DNA of 64,000 nucleotides from Strigamia acuminata (Eukaryota): NCBI GenBank assembly GCA_949358305.1, contig OX442314.1, positions 1,860,001 to 1,924,000 of the forward strand, read 5' to 3'. Shown piece by piece: positions 24,452 to 37,637 of this stretch (position 1 is its first letter; each line of letters starts with the position of its first letter). The notes under the pieces were generated by a model. It saw only the letters and a program-made list of their open reading frames with translations, ran no database searches and was not told where the DNA came from. The position numbers and the translations under genes were made by a program.

Positions 24452-27400
24452 ATGGCGGCCGAAGGGACAGGCATGTGCGACTCGGAAGAAATAAGCGTGA
24501 AGCGACCGAGTGTTAAAGAAACGGATGAAGATTTATTGGCAGAACAAGAGAAATTTCTGTCTAGTCGTCCGGCTGCGTTGGCGAGTATTGTTAAGAAGAA
24601 AATCGAAGAAACGAAAGCAACTTTGTCCAAAATCAACGAAAATGACGATCAAATCGGTTTGTTTTGAATGTTTCATCGGTTTGATCGTGTTTTTTAAAAT
24701 AATTTTTATGTTATGACGTTTACTAGGCGACGACAAGAGATTTTCAATTTTGGCTGATATTGTCGTAAGATTTTTCACTTTAAAGTGTTTATCTAATTCA
24801 AATTCAACGAAAAATGTTTTTTTTTAGGAACGAGATGTGAATAAATTAAAAGTTGAAGCTCCAAACATCACGTCGATAACATCAGGTTTTCCCGTCGTAC
24901 CAAAACTGACAAAAGCACAGGTGAATTTCAATTTGAAACCTCCAAAACATCACTTTTTCGTATTCCAGTAGTGTTATGAATGCAAGTTTCTCGTTAATCT
25001 CAGAACTAACCTGGGTTGAAAACGTTAATTGTTATTCACAACTATACTGGAATCGGTACTTTTGTAGCCATCTTGTTTACAGTTTATAAATTATTTTAGT
25101 TGCAATGTTCGTCCAAAAGAAGCTTGTTTGCCACGCAACTCGCAAATAAGAAACAAAAAGTAAATCTAATGAAAGAAAATGGATCCAAAAATATCGAAAA
25201 CAAGTTTGGTAATAAATTAATTCTTTTCGCACCGATAAAATAATAATATTAAAAAAATTGTATTTTTTTTGAACAGGCGAAGCGAGTTTCGTTGTGGAAA
25301 ATCCAACATTGGCTAAACCAATACACGAATCGAATTTACAGACTCTAAGCGTAATGTCTGAGGCGGATCTTCTACAGGAGCAACAACAACTCACTCAATT
25401 ATTATTATCTTCCGAAAAAGGTGTTAAAAAATCATTAAATTTAGTAATTAATGATTTTAACTGTTTTTTCAATCCCTAGGTGCTGATTTGTTAGATTTTT
25501 TGAAGTCGAGACGAGGAAATCGATTAAAATCGACCGAATCGAACGTTTTAGAGCCAGTTATCCGTCCGCAAACAGAAATTGATATTTCTAAATTTGGTAA
25601 ATTTATTTTAAAAAAATTAAGATTTTAATTTTGATTAATTTTTTATGTAGGTGATCTTCCCCTTAATGTAGACGAAATGAAAAAATATCCTAGAATGGAT
25701 AAAGTGGAAGCGGACAAATTGCAATGGATGGCAAAAATGCCCGAAACAAACTGTTTGAAATCGGAGTCTGTAAATATCAGTGGCAGAACAAGCAAAAATA
25801 TTACTTTTTTACATAAAATGCAAATTTTGCAGAAAATTTCTATTTTTACATGTAAAAATAATTTTTTTTGTTTGAAATATCATTTTTTTTAGCTTAAAAT
25901 ATCAATTTTTGCACTAAAATATCAATTTTTGCACTAAAAGACCAATTTTTGCACTAAAATATCAATTTTTGCACGAAAAATATCAATTTTTGCACGTAAA
26001 ATATCAATTTTTGCATTTAAAAATGCTTTTTTGACGTAAAATTTATATTTTTGCACGTAAAATGAATTTTTTGGCAGAAAATATCAATTTGTGCACCTAA
26101 AATGTTTTTTTTTTTTGCTTAAAATTAATTTATTCTACCGAACAAAAAATATTTTTGCCTTCCACTTCTTCCGAATGTTGATATTTGAACATATAATAAT
26201 TTTTTTTAAATAATATTTAGGGTTTACTGACAGCCAGATTTGATTTCGATGGCAAACTCGTTTCCCGAAACGCTCCCATCCCGAGTCACGAAGGTTTATA
26301 CCACCACGGAAGCGAACCCGAAGTAAAAACAAAATGTCGCCTAACTTTTCCCACCTCATCTTCACGAAATCCATTTAAATCCAGGCCCCCGGTTACAGTC
26401 TGGACGAATTATTCCAACTTATTCGAAGCACACACATCCAGCAGCGAGTCCTCGGTTTACGCACTTTATCAAAAATATTTCTCAACGTTCGTTCCCCCAA
26501 TTTAATCGACATTAACTCATTTTTAATCCAAATTATTTGGTTTTTAACAGGCAAAAGTTGGATTTTTCGACGTTTGTCTCGTAAAACCGCTCATTCCGCA
26601 GTGTCTGGACGCTGGCGTGGTCATCTTACTTCGGTGGGCGTTGGACGACAGCATCCAAGCGTCCATCGAAGCGGCGCTTTCAGGGTTGTGCGCATTAATA
26701 AGCGACCGAGAAGACGAGGAAGCTTTGACGCGAGTTTTGTGCTGGAAAGATGGATTTTATTTCCCATTTTTGAAGGGGGAAGAGACCGAAAAGGAAATTG
26801 AAACGAGCGACATCGAGTTGGTTAAATCTGACGTCATAAAAGTAATTTTTTTCGAATAAGAATTATAAAATTTATGGAAATTTGATTTTTGGCATTATGC
26901 AGGGACTAGTGCGCATGGATTTATTGCCTCGTTTGCGGTACATTTTGGAGAAATATTCGCTGTCATCGCCGGCAATTTCGAGTATTTTTGGAATATTAAC
27001 TCGAATTGCTCGACATTCGTTAGAAAGTGCCTCGCTGGTGATTTATTTTTTATTTTACAAAAACAAAATTAATTTTTAATCGATTTTATTCGTCTAGATC
27101 GTGCACGATACGCGATTGATGACTCTGATTGTTAATAATTTTCTACCAAAAGATTATTCAAATTTAGGTAAGAAATAAAGAAAAGGTGCCTATTGATTCA
27201 ATTTCTATTTAATTTTTTTATTTATTCAGATGTTGTGTCGTCCGTACCAGCTTACAACGCACCCTCGTACGAAGCCGTGCATCTGATGCGAGTGTTGGTT
27301 TGCTGTGGGCGCCATCTTGCTTGTACTCTCGATCACAGTTTTCAGCTTGTGGAAGTCATTTTGGATTATTTAACCCTCGATTTAAAGTGAGAAGCGAATA

Positions 27401-30400
27401 AAACGAAAGTAAAAAGTTGTTTTTAATCGGTAATTATTTAGTTTTAGGGAAGTAAAAAGCGGAAATGCAAATACGTTGAAGTTGGTCGTCGAGAGTTTGT
27501 ATTTGTGGAAATGTCTGTTGCAATATGGCGTCGGAGGACAGAAATTTTTGTGAGTTATTCATATTACTTATTAAATTTTAAATTTTTATTTTAAATCCTT
27601 TTGTTTTAGGGATTTTTTCCCGTGCGTTATCGAGTTTTTGCCGCGGTTCGAGAAACTATCGCTGGAAAATTGTCACAGTTTCGATTCTCGCTTCTGCAGC
27701 GGTTTATTGAATGTTCTCGAAACGGCTCTTTGTCTCCAGTTGGCTTCGACGTCGTAAGGATTTGTGTTGAAGCGGTAATGAGGAGATAATTGAATGGTTT
27801 ATATGATCGTGTAGAGACGGGGAAAAAGCAATCGAGACGTGGAATTTGTTGAGGCCGGTTGTGAAAGTGGTGAATTCGGTCGTTCGCAAATGGTTGTGGC
27901 AGTTGACGCAATTGAACGGCGTGTCGGATTGTGCTCTTGACGTTGTTGGATGTGGACTTAATTTCCTCGCAACTTTCTACAAAGGCGCCATTCATCAGGT
28001 CTGTATTTCATTGCTGTGTCAAATGCATTTTTAGTGTACGACACGCATTTTTTCTGCTGAAAATGCATTTGTTTTTATGAGTTAAAGTATTTTACGCAAA
28101 AAAATTGCTATTTTTGTGCATAAAATGCATTATTTGCCTGATAAAATTGGAAAATGGGTTATTTTCAATTTAGTCGCAAACACCGGTGATGATTCATTTG
28201 GACGAGATCGAGGAATTGTGCACTGCGTTTTTATTCCCGTTCTGGCAGTCTCCGACCTGCACGTCGCTTCTTTCACGGCTCGAGTAAACGAAACTTGGTC
28301 CATTTTTTAAATTTTATTTTATTTATTTAGTTATGTTTTTATTTATCCAGGAATTTTTCTTGTTTATTGGACGAAACTCCGGCGGGAAATCGGCGCACCG
28401 TGCCGTGTTTGCCGTGCGTCGGAGCCGTCAAGTGGACGGGAAAAACGAGCCGAGCGATCGATGTGGATTCACCGTACCACTGCTTAACGGCGTTTCTCAA
28501 TTTAATCGTTTCGTGTCATTCGTTGAACCAGGCGTTGGACGAGCGCTTAACGTTAGCCATTTTGACCAACGAGAAACTTGTCCAATATTTGAACGCAATT
28601 TCGCACTCGCGAGTGAAAAATTGTCACAATGAAAATATTGACTGGTTTTCCCGGGTCGAGTACCGTTTTATTTACTTTGTCATCAATTTGGCGGTTCTCA
28701 AGGTTCGTTTGCATTCATTTATTTGAAGAGATTTGTTTATTTATTTATTTATTAAATTTAGGCTCATCAATTGGAAGATGCGTCAGTGATTTATCGAGCT
28801 AGTTGCGCTCTTTTACGCCATCTATTGGTGGGAGATGAATTTTTGTTGATGTTTTTATTTCGTCGTGTCATGTTCTGCTCCGATTTTTTCACGTACGATA
28901 TTTTCAAATACTTGATCGATTTTAGCAGTTTTTGTATAAAAAAAACGTCAATTACTGCACCTAAAAGTGCATTTTGGTATCAGGAAGTGCTTTTTGTGGC
29001 TAAAAGATGCATTTTTGTGGCTAAAAGATGCATTTTATGGCTAAAAGATCCATTTTTGTGGCTAAAAATGTGTATTTTGTCAAACAAAATCTAAATGATG
29101 CATTTTTGCTTGATTTATTAGTGTATTTTGCACTTAAAAATGTGTATTTTTCACAAAAAACGTTTAAATGATGCATTTTTGCTCGAATAATGCAATTATT
29201 TATCCAAAAAAGCATCTGTGGGTAAATGTATATTTTGCACTGTATGTATCGATTGAGAATTTTCTATAATTTTCTAATTTTTGTTATTTCTACTTTCAGA
29301 AGAGATGTCTCGGAAACAATGGCAGATTTGAGCTTACGCGAAACAAACTTACCTTTAGCAACGGGACAAACGACGAATGTATCGCACACACGCCTAGTGA
29401 GTTCGGCCATCGATTCGCTGCCCGCGCAGCGATGGGTTTACTTATCTGCATTAGGATATTTATTTACAACATTACAAAGCGCACGGTACATAAATTAAGC
29501 TCGACTTTGACTTTGACTTTGACTGATTCGTTTTTCGTCTTTGTTTAGTTGCGACGAAACCAAATGCATCCAATCTATGGGCATCGTCGACGGATTACGG
29601 CTCGCGTTGGGTTCCGCCTGGATTTTTTTACCGTTTTCGTCTTTATATTCTCAAATATCGAACAAGTAATGGCGGGAAATTGAAATGGTGTCGTTTGATT
29701 GTCGTTTTTTGTTCGTTTAGGCAATCGGAAGACGAAACGACGCTCAGCGTGACGCAGTGTTTGCAACACGCGTATTTGTTTTTGCGCGCTCATCCGTCGC
29801 ACATCGATGTCGATGTTTATTTTTCTTACTTGGCGACCGTTTTCGTGTTGCGCAGCGATTTGTTTATGGATCCAACGATCCATTCGTATTTGTTGGCGAT
29901 TTTAGTGCGTTTGTTCAACGACACCAGGTGGCCGAATTGCCGACTTAAAGATTATCCTTTGAAAAAGCAGAATTCGTTTCACGATTTGTAAGAATCTTTT
30001 TAAAATAATTTTTAAAATAATTTTTGTGATTTATTTGATTTCAGTTATTTACAGTTGCTTGCGCAGTTCGAGTCGGTTTCGTATTCGGACGCGTTGTTTT
30101 CACTGTTTGTTCTGGTTCCGGTTCAGCAGCAATTTGATGTTAAATTTCGAACCGATCTGTGGACAAACCGGTCCGTTATTTTGCGTTGTTTGACCATTTC
30201 GTTGGATCAGGTTCCGGTTCCGTTGGATAAATATTTATTTCCCTTGGAGAAGGACGACGCACTCATTGTGTCGTATTTCCAAGCACTCATTAACGGCGAG
30301 TTAAAATTTCAATTTTTATATCTTTTAAATGTTTTAAATTTTTAATTTTATTAATTGTAGGTATCGTTGGTCGGCGTACTCCGTTTTTGTACTTGATCGC

Positions 30401-30683
30401 CGTCCACCACGTCCACAATTATTTGTTTATTGACGCGGAATCGATGACCGAAGCCAAAATACGAATTGTAAAAAGTTTCGTTCGCATCAAAATCGAGGTA
30501 AGCCGTATTCAAAAATTAAAGTTATTAAAGAAAAATTTATACAACTTTGGTTAATAGAATTTATTGACTCATCTGACTCGCTACTGCAAACCAAACGCCG
30601 CAGCGCCGTTAGGTTTCGAATTGTTGGACGAAATTCCAGCGCAGGTGCAAACCATGTTGGAAAAATGTATGAAATCAATGTAA
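24452..30683 (+). CDS. RPAP1: RNA polymerase II-associated protein 1, multi-exon
   Basis: KRPS..ETDEDLL, IHESNLQTLSVMSEADLLQEQQQL, ARFDFDG, GLYHHGSEPE/APGYSLDELFQLIRS, LLRWALDD, LPRLRYIL and QFESVSYSD motifs; stop TAA 30681-30683. Confidence 0.9.
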
Positions 30684-31258
30684 ATTCAACGAAACAAATT
30701 AAAGAATTTTTCTACTACTTTTTGTATTTTTGCTTTGAATTTCTGCCAAAGTGCTGCAGCATCAAAAGCGCCCCCGCGGTGCTTCCCCGCTCGACTTTAA
30801 CAATGTATGAATTTGCTGCTTTGTGAATTGACTTTTCAACAACTAATAAAGCATTTCAAAACGAGTTTACGTTCAAGTTCACGTTGTTTGTGATGGAAAT
30901 TAATTACCGACGACGTAGCAATGAATAATTCCAGTAGTAAATCCAAAATAAATTGTTAAATTATTGTAAAAACTTTTATTTATTTCTTTCAATTACTATT
31001 TATTATTACTATTTGATTATTATTATTTATTTATTTTATTATTATTGATAAAAAAAATTAAAACATACACGCACAGATATTTGACACTGAATTTTGCTTT
31101 TGATTCGCCCCTCGGACACGCATAGTGGGCTTTGCTCGCAAGCTCTAACTTGAGATACTTCACTGTTGGTACGCAGTTGGTACGTCATCGCAATTCGTCA
31201 ATCGCAGACACCGCCGAGATAAAGAAAGTGAGGGGACGACGACTAAGCTAGAGAATTA

Positions 31259-33304
31259 ATGGCTCCCGCCACGAAATTACGCGAAGAGACACTAGTGTCG
31301 TTCGCCGATGCCGATTCGCTGGACGTTCGGCTTAGTTACGGCGGAATGTGTAAAGCCGAGTTGATGGAACACGTGAACGACCCGTTTTGGGTTCGCACCC
31401 GCTGGTCTTTATACGGGGCGTTCTGGCTCTGTTGGTTCCTCATGCTCACCAGCGCCGTCGTCATCATCGTGCGCGCGCCGCCATGTCGTCCGCCTCCCGT
31501 CCTCGATTGGTGGCAGACGAGCCCCGCGTATCAAATATTCCCGCTCTCCTTCCAAGATTCCAACGGCGACGGCTTCGGCGACCTCAAAGGTTCGAGAACA
31601 AACGAAAATAAATAAATATTAAACTAAATTTCATAAATTTCGTAAATTTCGCAGGAATCGAATCTCGCGTCGGATATTTGGCGGATTTGGGAGTGCGCGC
31701 GGTTTGGTTGAGTCCGATTTACAAATCGCCGATGAGACGATCCAGTTACGACGTCGAGAACCACACGGCGATCGAGCCCTTGTTCGGAAGTGTGTGGGAT
31801 TTTCTAGATTTAGTAGGAGAATTGAACTCGAAAGGCATCGAATTGATTTTGGATTTCGTGCCCAACCACACGAGCAACACGTCGGTCTGGTTCGAACGGA
31901 GCCGTCGCCGCGTCGATCCTTACACCAACTACTACATCTGGCACGAGGGCGCGCGAGACGGAGTCGGCAACCGACGACCGCCGAACGAAATTAGTGTACG
32001 AAAATTAAATTTATGAAATTTATTTTTAACGTTTTTATTTGCAGGACGGTTCGGCCTGGAGTTTCGACCAGGTGCGCGGACAATACTACTTGCACCGATT
32101 CCATCCGGACCAACCGGATTTGAATTTGCGCTCGGAACGAGTGCGGCGGGAGTTGCGGGACGTGCTCACCTATTGGCTGGACCTGGGCGTTCGAGGATTC
32201 CGAGTGAATGCCGCAAACGACTACGGTCGTGTCAATCACACACATCTCTTGGCCGAGTGGAGGTCGCACTTGGACGATTATTCCTCGAACAACAACGACA
32301 CGGGACACGTGTACGTATTATTGATTTAGTTTAGTTTATTTTATTTTATTTATTTTATTTATTTTATTTATTAATAGATTTTTAACGGTGGATGCGACGA
32401 GCGATTCGGAGAACACGATGCGAATGTTGTACAGCAGCGGGATTGATTTCCCTCTCAATTTCCGATTGGTCGACAATTTGGACGAAAATACAAACGCGAC
32501 GGACGTTCTGGGGCTCGTCCGCAGATATCTGGACGCTGTGCCGGACGCCGGGTGGCCCAACTGGGCCCTCGGAAGTTACGATCGGCCTCGCGTCGCCGAC
32601 AGAGTCGACGCCCGCCTCATCGACGGACTCAACATGATTACCACGATGTTGACCGGCACGCCCATCACGTATTACGGGGAGGAGATCGGAATGCGAGATG
32701 TCGACGAGAGTATTTCGCCCATGCAGTGGACCGCCGAGGAACCGAACGCGGGCTTCACCGGCGCGAACGTGAAAGCCTGGTTTCCGTTGAGTGCGAATTA
32801 CAAAGCGGGAATCGACGTCGAGGTATTCTTACAAAATAATGACCGAAACAACTATTGTTTGTGTATTTTCTGTCTATTTATTTGCAGACTCAGCTCGGAT
32901 CGAGTTGTCGGTCGCACGTTCGCACGTACAAGAAGTTGTTGGCGTTTCGCGACGAAACTGCGGCCAAGTTCGGCTCCGTGGCGTTTTTGCGGGTCGTCGA
33001 CGACGTTTTCGGGTTCGCTCGCGTCAAGAGAGGTTCGCCGGGTTTGTTGGTTTTGGTCAATTTCGGGGAGAATGCGACCCGCGTCGATTTGACCGCGCAG
33101 CCGAAAATGAAACCGATCGATTATGTCGGAGCGCGCGCGACACCGGCCGACGTGTACGCATTTCCTAACTTCGGCAGCGTCTTATTGGACAGCGGAAGTG
33201 AGTGTTTTCCCGCCAAAGGACGTGTCGGACTGTCGTCGTTGAACTTGGGTGCGAAACGAGCGATGCTCATTAAATTTGTGCCCGATTTCTCGTCGGAATA
33301 CTGA
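31259..33304 (+). CDS. SLC3-family amino-acid transporter heavy chain (rBAT/CD98hc-like; GH13 fold, probably non-catalytic)
   Basis: N-terminal [23 protein letters not shown] + TM helix, [21 protein letters not shown] and LDFVPNHTS; catalytic motifs altered (GFRVNA for GFRxDA, GSYD for NHD); 5 exons. Confidence 0.85.
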
Positions 33305-33675
33305 AAATTTAAACAAAAATAAAATAATAATAGTTTTGTTTGTAAAAAAATAAAACATACGAAATAAATGAATGGGAAAATTGCGAGAAATCCTTCAAAA
33401 AGAAAAGACATTTTTTTAATGTCAATAGTGTTGGGCTTAAGAGAAAACAGGAAATAAATTGATAAATTATACGGAGTATTAATTATTTAAAAATAACGTT
33501 GCCTTCTTGCCTCGTGTCAAATATAGTTTAATTGCATTTTTTTTATTGTTATTCAGCGATCAAATTATTTTACCCTAATTAATTACAATGTTAAAATTTA
33601 TTGTCTCTCATGAAAGCAATTGAATAGAAACAATTAAACTCCATATATGACCATTAAATGTAATCACCTTCTTTC

Positions 33676-33683
33676 TATATAAA
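33676..33683 (+). promoter_or_regulatory. TATA box of peptide gene copy 1 (paralogous box near 37315-37322)
   Basis: TATATAAA about 100 bp before the ATG in both duplicates. Confidence 0.6.
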
Positions 33684-33776
33684 CCGTATCCCAACTACGG
33701 CTGTCACATCCTGCAAGCAAGATCTTCCACAAGCCGCCAGTCAACTTTTTACTCCAACTTATTTCATTCGTCGAAA

Positions 33777-33995
33777 ATGAAATATTTAGCCATCATCTTC
33801 CTCCTCGTAATTCTGTCGTGCCTGGGGAAGTATTTGCACAAAAATAATGAATTTATTAGTGGGCGTTGACATGTTTTGTTTTGATTAGCAATGACGGCTA
33901 TAGCAGGCTGTGAAGATAAGGCATGCAAAGATAAATGCAAATATAGAGGTGGGGGAGGTACTTGTCTCGACGGCAGTACATGCAAATGCGGATAG
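33777..33995 (+). CDS. Secreted CS-alpha-beta defensin/short-toxin-like peptide, copy 1 (donor reads GG, so possibly inactive)
   Basis: Exon 1 33777-33825, intron 33826-33888, exon 2 33889-33995 give MKYLAIIFLLVILSCLAMTAIAG-CEDKACKDKCKYRGGGGTCLDGSTCKCG; pattern C-x4-C-x3-C-x8-C-x5-C-x-C; AATAAA downstream. Confidence 0.8.
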
Positions 33996-35245
33996 CCAAT
34001 GAGGAAAGGGCCAAAATTTTGCAAACCTCGGGCTCCTGCATAAAAATAAAAATGTTTGCAATTTGAAAATAAACAATGGAAACATATGTTAAATAAAACA
34101 AAACTGATTAGAAACTTTGTGTTTTAAAATTGATTCGTTTACTTTGTGGCTCTGTGCTTCACGGAGTTCGAGCTGTTTGGTTTTTATTTGCAACTGGAAA
34201 GAAACATGGCGGCGCATCTCGTTCTTGTTGCTCGAATGGTTGCGCATCATCAAGGAGCACGGTGTGTCGCGAGCCGATAGCCGACTACAAGCGTTTCCAG
34301 AACGGAAGGTGAGACTTGATTCAAGGTGAAATAGCGGATCCAAATATCAATCGCATTTCAACGCAAGTGTCCTCTGGTCTGTCTAGGGACAACCATTTTC
34401 TTGAATCGGAAAATTTTGTCCCGATTGATTTTTTTTTTCTGCAAATTTGTGACTTTTTTATGTGATAATGAAGTATATCTCAAGTGAAATTTATAGTGGT
34501 CCATCATTTATTTAATCAGATATTTTACGCGGAAATTTTCTACTCCTTTCAGAAAGAGCGCTTCAAGTAAAAGCTTCAAACTCTCACCAGTGGGCATTAG
34601 CAGTCGGCCGGTTTGTGCATGCGAGTTGGTAATTTATGGCGCAAAATTCAAATTCACCGATGATTTTTTCGAACTCATTGCTGATTGTTTTATACAGTAA
34701 TTAATAGCTAAAAGTAGGTTTTTCTTAAGAAAGTTAACAAGCGTCCCCTTAAAATAAATTAAATAAATTGAATAAATAAAATTATTCAGCATTTTTCGTT
34801 CTGAAAAAAATCTTTATTCTTATACAGAGTATCTAGTTTGTGAAATATATCACGTGCGGCTAGGCAGACACAATAAACAACACAAGAGAGGGGAGAAAAC
34901 AAGGGTCGCCCTCAAGTTGGCTTCACTGCACGGTGAATCAAGATGGCGTCTAAACAACCATAATAACAACAACCACCACCACCGTGGTCACCACTTATAT
35001 GCCTAGAACTCATATAAATAGTTAAAACAGCACATGAAACTCTGAACTCTTTAATTACCAAACCTTGCGGTATCTTCATACCGTCACAATTTTATGCCAA
35101 AAAACTCAATTTTAAGCAAAAATAAAAAAATTAAAGGCCAAAAAACTAAATTTAAGGCCAAAAATCTCAATTTAAGGCCAAAAAACTCACTTTTAGGCCA
35201 AAATAACTCACTTTTAGGCTAAAACATCTAATTTTAAATTTGAAA

Positions 35246-35618
35246 ATAAAAACCAAATTTTATGTAATAAAAACCAAATTTTATGTAATAAAAACCAAAT
35301 TTTATGTAATAAAAACCAAATTTTATGTAATAAAAACCAAATTTTATGTAATAAAAACCAAATTTTATGTAATAAAAACCAAATTTTATGTAATAAAAAC
35401 CAAATTTTATGTAATAAAAACCAAATTTTATGTAATAAAAACCAAATTTTATGTAATAAAAACCAAATTTTATGTAATAAAAACCAAATTTTATGTAATA
35501 AAAACCAAATTTTATGTAATAAAAACCAAATTTTATGTAATAAAAACCAAATTTTATGTAATAAAAACCAAATTTTATGTAATAAAAACCAAATTTTATG
35601 TAATAAAAACCAAATTTT
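35246..35618. repeat. Perfect 21-bp tandem repeat (aaaaccaaattttatgtaata)
   Basis: About 17 identical units. Confidence 0.95.
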
Positions 35619-37637
35619 AAGAAAATAAATTGACCGGGTTTGGATGCTAGAAGAATTTATTTAATGTCAATAGTGCTGGGCTTAAGAGAAGATAGAAATA
35701 AATTGATAAATTATATTAATTATTATAAAGAATTTAGTCGCATTTTAAAAATAAGCTTGCCTCGTGTCAAATATAGTTTTATTGCGTTTTTCTCATTGCT
35801 AAATAATATTTATTCTGTTAGTCAGCAATCAATTCACTTCAATTAATAAAAATATTAAAAATTTAGTGTCTCATGAAATGAATTGAATTGAATTTATTTA
35901 ATTTATTAATTAGAATTTACTCGCATTTTAAAAATAACTTTGACTCTTTGCCTCCTGCCAAATAGAGTTTAATTGCATTTTTTATAGTTATTCAGCAATC
36001 AATTTATTTTTAAATATTAATAAATTTAGTTTAAATAAAAAAAAAATGAGTTAGTGTTCAAAATTTTCAAAATGGAGGATTGTATATATTTTTTATATTG
36101 GTAGAAAATTTGGAAATTTATTGAGAATATATTTAAAATATGTAGAAAGTTTCAAAATTACACAATTGAAAATGTTTGTGAAGTTATTGTAAAAAAAAGT
36201 CATGTAAATGGTCTCTTTATTAGATTGCAAATATGTTGAGAAAAAACTTATTTTCAATTGTTTGTAAATCTAATTTCCAAACTTATAAAATCTATCTAAC
36301 TTTATATTTACAACGTTTTACAAGTATGTAAATCTACTTTTTTTCCAGTGTATATCTTGTTCCTGACTGTGTTTTCCCCATTTTTTGTTGATTTTATGTA
36401 TTTTTATTGTGAAATGATAGTTTTTATTTCAGACATTTACAACACATTTTTAAAGATTGCAAATATCCAAACATTTCCATCTGAAAGAAAACTGATTGTA
36501 AATATAATATTTAAAACAGCAAATTTACAATTTATTGGAAATATTAGATTTCACCTGTAAGATTTACTACTAATTTCCAAAAGTTTGGAAATGTATAAAC
36601 ATTTACAACTCATTTCCAACAAATTTTCTCATAATAGGAAATTCAAATTTTCTATATTAATTTCCAACTTGGAAATGTTTGGAAATTTACTTTTTCTTCC
36701 TGTTTGAGTTACTAAGCGACGTACTTGTGCATCAATGGCGGTGTGTGTTCTTGGCGAATTAAAAGTCTGTTACTCGTTCAACTGACAACCGAGCAGCTTT
36801 GTTCTCACAAAGTGACTCACTTTTAGCTTAAAAAATTAAATTTTGAGCCCTAATAACTTAATTTTAGGCCAAAAACTCAATTTTAAGCAAAAGTAAAAAA
36901 TTGTAGGCTAAAAAAACTCAATTTAAGGCCAAAAACAATCACTTTTAAGCGAAAACATCTAATTTTAAATTTAAAAAATCCATTTTTATGTAATAAAATC
37001 CAAAATTTTAATTTAAAAAAAATTGATCTGGTTTGGATGCGAGAAGGATTTTTTTAAAGTCAATAGTTCTAGGCTTAAGAGAAGAACGAAATAAATTGAT
37101 AAATTTTACTCCGTATTACCGATAATTACTCGCGTTCTAAAAATAACCTTGCCTCGTGTCAAATAAAGTTTAATTGCATTTTTCTTAATAAGTGAGCAAT
37201 CAATTCATTTCAATTAATAAAAACATTAAAAATTTAGTGTCTCATGAAATGAATTGAATGGAATTAATTAAACTCCATTCATACGTGACAATTAAATTTA
37301 ATCACCTTTCTTTCTATATAAACCGTGTTGCAACTACGGCTGTCACATCCTGCAAGCAACATCTTCCACAAGCCGCCAGTCAACTTTTTACTCCAACTTG
37401 TTTCATTCGTCGAAAATGAAATATCTAGCAATCATCTTCTTCCTCGTAATTCTGTCGTGCATGGGTAAGTTATATTTTGGTCAAAATTAATGAATTTATT
37501 AGTGAGCATTGACATGTTTTGATTTGATTAGCAATGACGGCTATAGAAGGCTGTAAGGCTGAGGCATGCAAAAAGTCATGCGCATCTAAAGGTAAAGTCG
37601 GTACTTGTCCCGAAGAAGATGAATACGGAGATAGTAT

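Larger units (their letters stand above)
33400..34655 (+). repeat. Segmental duplication unit 1 (peptide gene plus flanks)
   Basis: Homologous to about 37035-37637 + 51828-52400 + 53491-53603; a partial third copy of the upstream part lies at about 35640-36005. Confidence 0.85.

Noticed and set aside
33826..33827. Genome-wide non-canonical GG-AG splicing
   Set aside because: The other introns I traced in the window use GT donors, as does the paralog.
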